Below, in pieces: positions 59,812 to 64,000 of a stretch of 64,000 bases of DNA (within the stretch, counting starts at the first letter, position 1; each line of letters starts with the position of its first letter). This DNA comes from an uncultured Oscillospiraceae bacterium. Its GTDB lineage: Bacteria; Bacillota; Clostridia; Christensenellales; Aristaeellaceae. The translations under genes were made by a program, and so were the position numbers. The notes below the pieces were generated by a model that was not told where the DNA came from, made no database searches, and saw nothing but the letters and a program-made list of their open reading frames with translations. The stretch covers positions 2,647 to 66,646 of the forward strand of contig CAZJEB010000007.1 in NCBI GenBank assembly GCA_964544955.1, written 5' to 3'.

Positions 59812-60492
59812 CTATTTTATTTTATCACTAAATTTAGACGCCATAATATGCTCTGGCATAATTACTCTGGGCAAATTCCACTTATATTTTGTAGCAAGCA
59901 TTCTAATTACAAAAATAAATGTAATGCTAACAATTGTTGCAATAGTTTCCCCAACTAATGGGAAACAAATTAATAATAATATTGCGCCTAGAAGTGAGGC
60001 ACTAGCATATATATGCTTTGTAAACACATATGGCATACTTAGGGAGCATACATCTCTAATTATACCACCACCAACACCGGTTATAACCCCAGCAAATAAA
60101 GTTAATACTACACCTGCCCTAGGGCTTAAGTTGTAGGCAGCTGAAGCCCCTACAACTGTAAATATACCTAAGCCGATAGAATCAAATACATTAATAATTA
60201 ATTCAAATTTATAAAAACGTTTACTAGTTAAAATTTGTTTGTTGAAATAAAGAAAAACAAATAATATTGTTGATGTTATAAAGGCTAAAAAAGCGAAATT
60301 TTTATTAACAAATACTGCAGCAGGATACACATTTAAAATAATATCACGCATTAATCCGCCACCCGTAGCTGTTATTATGCCAAGTATAACAACACCAAAA
60401 TAATCCATTCCCTTGCGAATTGCAAGGCTGGCACCAGAAATAGCAAAGGCAATAGTACCAAGGTATTCCATTATTAAAAGTAGTAATTCCAT
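59812..60492 (-). CDS. Trimeric intracellular cation channel-like protein (UPF0126/YadS family)
   Basis: Duplicated glycine-rich motif: GTIAFAISGA...ATGGGLMRD and FTVVGA...GVGGGIIRD. Confidence 0.75.
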   Translation of the reverse strand: MELLLLIMEYLGTIAFAISGASLAIRKGMDYFGVVILGIITATGGGLMRDIILNVYPAAVFVNKNFAFLAFITSTILFVFLYFNKQILTSKRFYKFELIINVFDSIGLGIFTVVGASAAYNLSPRAGVVLTLFAGVITGVGGGIIRDVCSLSMPYVFTKHIYASASLLGAILLLICFPLVGETIATIVSITFIFVIRMLATKYKWNLPRVIMPEHIMASKFSDKIK

Positions 60493-60507
60493 ATAACCCT
60501 CTTAAAC

Positions 60508-61842
60508 TTATATAGCAAGGCTTCCCATTGGGTCCCAAGGTTTAAGAACAATAGGTTCTTTATCAAGCATATCCTTTTCCTCATTTGTGAGGTATTTTTT
60601 ATTTACAACAACTTGATAAGTATATTCATTGAACCAATCATCACTCATAACATAAAATCCATCGGCTCCCCTATCTTTCCCCCAGCTATTTTGAACACGC
60701 CAACGGTTTGGTTTTCCATCATCATCAATATTAACGCCACAAAGAACCATTGCATGGGTCATTAAGCTTTCACCATAATCTAGCCTTTGAGCTTTATCCA
60801 ATGGGAATTTAGTGTTAAATAGATCTTCCACATTGAATATGTTCATGGACATTACCCCATCATCCATAAGTGAAGATTGCCCAACATCACAACCAAACCA
60901 AACACTTTCCCCATCTTGCATTTGAGCAATAGCAGCACGTTTTAAGCTTTCAACAGGCAAGTTTAAATACTTTACTGGATACATTCCAACAACACTGCCT
61001 AAATATTGAACTGTATAAGTATTATAATAAGGCTTATCTTTGGTTGGTGCATTTATTATACTTACATAATCATTTAAATTTATACCAACATATTCTTTAT
61101 AGAATTCTTGAGGGCTTAATTCAGGTAGGCGTACAAACTTTTTATCTTTATCCCTTACTTCTAATGTAAAGCTTTTGGGTGGTTCACCTAGTGCTATACA
61201 CAGCATACGGTATATTGTAGAAAGCATATCATCTTTCATTAACCTTAATTCTTCTTCACTTTTACCTTCTTCATTTGCTGTTCTTAAAATACAAGCATAT
61301 TCCCTTAATTTTAAAGTTAAAAACTTACTCATATGATGTGTGTTTGATGATGAAAAAGACTCTGGCATAAATTGTTTTGGAACCACACCATATTTTTCAA
61401 CAATACCACTAAACATATCCCATTGACCACCATCACCTAGTGGATCTTTTAATAAAAATGCAACTTCTCTGCTTTCAAGTGCTAATGGTAGTGACTCAAT
61501 AATATTTTCTAAAAATAGGTTGGATTTTTCAAGTTTATCCCAAAATAAAGGATATGCTTGACTAAGCTCAAAAGTTTCTAAATTAAGCTTTTTCATTATT
61601 TCCACACGCATTACATTTAATGCCGCAAACATCCAGCATCTTCCACTTTTCATTTGGTTGGTAATATCGCCTGTTTCAATATTAATAGAATAATTGTGCC
61701 CCATATTAACAAAGTCTTCGCGATTTTCAGCACTTTTTAATATTCCGTTTTTTATTGAAGTATTCATGGCAACTGTATTAGCTTTATTTTGCTTAAATTC
61801 ATTTTCAAATTTTGATAATTGTTGATAAGTGATTTCTTTCAT
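60508..61842 (-). CDS. pepC: Aminopeptidase C (bleomycin hydrolase-type C1 cysteine peptidase)
   Basis: QMKSGRCWMFA catalytic Cys, HAMVLCG His, and NSWG. Start taken at the ATG after GGAGGAAG. Confidence 0.88.
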   Translation of the reverse strand: MKEITYQQLSKFENEFKQNKANTVAMNTSIKNGILKSAENREDFVNMGHNYSINIETGDITNQMKSGRCWMFAALNVMRVEIMKKLNLETFELSQAYPLFWDKLEKSNLFLENIIESLPLALESREVAFLLKDPLGDGGQWDMFSGIVEKYGVVPKQFMPESFSSSNTHHMSKFLTLKLREYACILRTANEEGKSEEELRLMKDDMLSTIYRMLCIALGEPPKSFTLEVRDKDKKFVRLPELSPQEFYKEYVGINLNDYVSIINAPTKDKPYYNTYTVQYLGSVVGMYPVKYLNLPVESLKRAAIAQMQDGESVWFGCDVGQSSLMDDGVMSMNIFNVEDLFNTKFPLDKAQRLDYGESLMTHAMVLCGVNIDDDGKPNRWRVQNSWGKDRGADGFYVMSDDWFNEYTYQVVVNKKYLTNEEKDMLDKEPIVLKPWDPMGSLAI

Positions 61843-61966
61843 AACTTCCTCCAAAAATTTACTGTATTACAATTGTATCACAAATAAGGTTAATATAGTA
61901 ATTATATTTGTATTTTATTGACACATTTACATTTTGTTTTATAATTGAATAATATGAGGTGTTTAT

Positions 61967-64000
61967 ATGACTAATACTGTTAAAATTAAAGGTTTTAGAC
62001 CTAACAGAGCCCTTAAACCTTTATTAAAAGAGATAGAAAATAGAATAAAAGAAGAAAAAAATGTTGTTTTGCTAGTACCAGAGCAATATACTTTACAAGG
62101 TGAAAAAGATATTATATTAAACCTTAATTTAGAAGGTTTATTTAACATAGAAGTTTTAAGCCCAACTAGATTAGCCTATAGGGTATTAGAAAAAATAGCA
62201 TCATCAGAAAGCAACTTGCTTGATGTATCTGGCCAAGCAATGTTGATAACAAATTTACTTTATAAATATGAGAAAGATTTAAAATATTATAAGGCTGATA
62301 TGTTTAAACCAGGCTTTGTAACAAGCATATCCAATATAATAGATAATATAATACAAGCTCAAGTTGATATTGAAGAGCTGAAAAAGATATTGTTATCAAG
62401 TGATAATAATATTTTAAAATTAAAATGGCATGATATTCTTTTAATATATGATGAATTCATAATTCTTACAAATAGTAAATTTTCAGCTAAAGAGAACAAA
62501 TTAAAGTTTGTTGCACAAAATATTGGAAACAGTGGTTATTTGAAAGGTAAATATGTGTATGTTTATGGGTTTGATTTAATAACTGAAAGCCTATCTTCTT
62601 TATTATTAGGTGTATCAAAGTCCGCTGAATCTTTAGAGCTTTGGCTTACATTTGACTCAGATAAAAGTACAGATGCTGCATTATATTTACCAGTTAGACA
62701 AAGTGTATTTCGTTTAATTGATATTTTTAATTTGAACAATATTTCTTATGAATTAAATTACCATCCTGAAATAGAGTTAGAGAGCCATTCTGCCATATCT
62801 CACCTTGATAATGTGCTATATAGTAATGCAAAAAAAGGTGTTAATTACAAATATGAAAAAGAACAATATGCAATTAAAATAATGAATTGCACATCTCCTA
62901 TTGAAGAAGCGGAGCTAGTTGCAAACAAAATAAAAGAATTAGTTAGTAAAGGCAAAAAATATAGCGAAATAACAATAATGTTACCCAATAATAGTGATTA
63001 TGGTTTTGCTGTTGAAGCTGCATTAATAAGCTTAAATATTCCATATTTTAGTAATGAAGAATTAATAGCCCAACAACATCCTTTAATTTCTTACATAATT
63101 GATTCTGTATTTACCGTATCAAAAGATTACAGTGACGAATATATGGGTTATATTATATCTAACCCATATTGTGGTTTAAAAACAGAGGAAAGATCATACT
63201 TAAAAATATATTCTAAAAAATATGGGATAAGAAAACAAAAATGGCTTAATAAGTTTGAAAAAGGCGATGAATTTGAACGTGAAACCGCTGAAAAATTAAG
63301 AATAAAGTTAATAAACCCTCTGATAAGCTTACGCAATGATTTATCTAAAGCCAAAACATCTTCAGAATCTTTAACTGCACTTTATATATTATTAGAAAAT
63401 ATTAATGCCTATAATGAAATAAACTTTAATGAAAGTTTATTATTAAGCCATGGAATGAATTTAAGAGCAGACCAGAACCAACAATTATGGAATTATATAA
63501 TTGATGTTTTTGACCAATTAAGTTTAATTTTAGATGGTTCTCGTGCAACATTTAAAAAATTACCAGAATTACTAAAGCAAGGCTTTAGTGCAGTTAGTAT
63601 AAACAGCTTACCATCTAATGAAAATATGGTAGCATTAGGAAAACTTGGCCATATGATTAGCGGAGAAACTAAAGTATTATTTATAGTTGGTTTGGATGAT
63701 AGTGTAATTACTAGTAAATCGGAAGATATTATTAGTGAACAAGAAATGTTATATATAGAAAATAAACTTGGTAAAGAAATAGGTATGAGCAATGAAACTG
63801 TTAATACATTAGCCAAGTTAGATATAAAAAAGGCATTAACTTTACCAAAGGAACTTTTGTTTTTAAGTTATTCTAAAACTGATTTATCAGGTAAACCTTT
63901 ATGGCCAATAAACATTATAAATGATATTCAAAATAGATTTTTTAGTAATGTTGATGTAGTTTATGATAAATTAGATAAAGCTTCAAATAATTTTGAAAGC
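61967..64000 (+). CDS. addB: Helicase-nuclease AddB/RexB subunit, N-terminal part (runs off the window)
   Basis: Edge-truncated, so absent from the track. ATG 61967 after GAGGTG. MTNTVKIKGF...VVLLVPEQYTLQGEKDII...IEVLSPTRLAYRVL fits the AddB N-terminus. The frame was checked open at several points up to 64000. No Walker A seen. Confidence 0.75.
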   Translation, partial: MTNTVKIKGFRPNRALKPLLKEIENRIKEEKNVVLLVPEQYTLQGEKDIILNLNLEGLFNIEVLSPTRLAYRVLEKIASSESNLLDVSGQAMLITNLLYKYEKDLKYYKADMFKPGFVTSISNIIDNIIQAQVDIEELKKILLSSDNNILKLKWHDILLIYDEFIILTNSKFSAKENKLKFVAQNIGNSGYLKGKYVYVYGFDLITESLSSLLLGVSKSAESLELWLTFDSDKSTDAALYLPVRQSVFRLIDIFNLNNISYELNYHPEIELESHSAISHLDNVLYSNAKKGVNYKYEKEQYAIKIMNCTSPIEEAELVANKIKELVSKGKKYSEITIMLPNNSDYGFAVEAALISLNIPYFSNEELIAQQHPLISYIIDSVFTVSKDYSDEYMGYIISNPYCGLKTEERSYLKIYSKKYGIRKQKWLNKFEKGDEFERETAEKLRIKLINPLISLRNDLSKAKTSSESLTALYILLENINAYNEINFNESLLLSHGMNLRADQNQQLWNYIIDVFDQLSLILDGSRATFKKLPELLKQGFSAVSINSLPSNENMVALGKLGHMISGETKVLFIVGLDDSVITSKSEDIISEQEMLYIENKLGKEIGMSNETVNTLAKLDIKKALTLPKELLFLSYSKTDLSGKPLWPINIINDIQNRFFSNVDVVYDKLDKASNNFES

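Noticed and set aside
61963-63816. Three minus-strand ORFs (61, 68 and 107 aa) in the last 2 kb
   Set aside because: They are antisense to the edge-truncated addB frame, which reads open from 61967 to the end of the window and has clear AddB N-terminal similarity.

Overview
Low-GC chromosomal segment, about 30-35% G+C by hand counts, with about 20% in some genes. It looks like Bacillota, probably Clostridia-like. Supporting signs are strong GGAGG Shine-Dalgarno sites, a T-box leader, a CtsR operator, and the Firmicute gene orders lon-engB and rimP-nusA-ylxR-ylxQ-infB-rbfA-nrnA-truB-ribF. About 55 tightly packed genes are almost all housekeeping: Lon, EngB, PheST, ProS, a BMP-type nucleoside ABC importer, RecQ, a SWIM-SNF2 helicase, DnaA, ClpB, KtrAB, thioredoxin, RNase J, MltG, a U32 peptidase, MurI, PepC and partial AddB. 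I see no rRNA, tRNA, CRISPR array, intact IS element, prophage or recognisable defence island, and I cannot point to a clear novel multi-gene system. Six things are worth a second look. (1) dnaA has no dnaN downstream, only two DnaA boxes placed like an autoregulatory operator, and no gene-orientation switch around it. (2) A perfect (ATT)11 microsatellite lies in the same intergenic region. (3) Three genes behind proS each carry a non-canonical catalytic motif: HAD with DWN, an E2/CAT-like acyltransferase with DERVCAG, and a very AT-rich GH35-like protein. (4) A single-copy HUH/Y1 transposase-like gene lacks IS ends and apparently lacks the catalytic Tyr. (5) A membrane protein and IF2 both have Q/N/G/Y-rich prion-like tracts. 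(6) A small envelope cluster combines CapA-like, TIM-barrel, phosphodiester-glycosidase and Lgt-like genes with degenerate motifs. All motif comparisons were aligned by eye and need profile searches.
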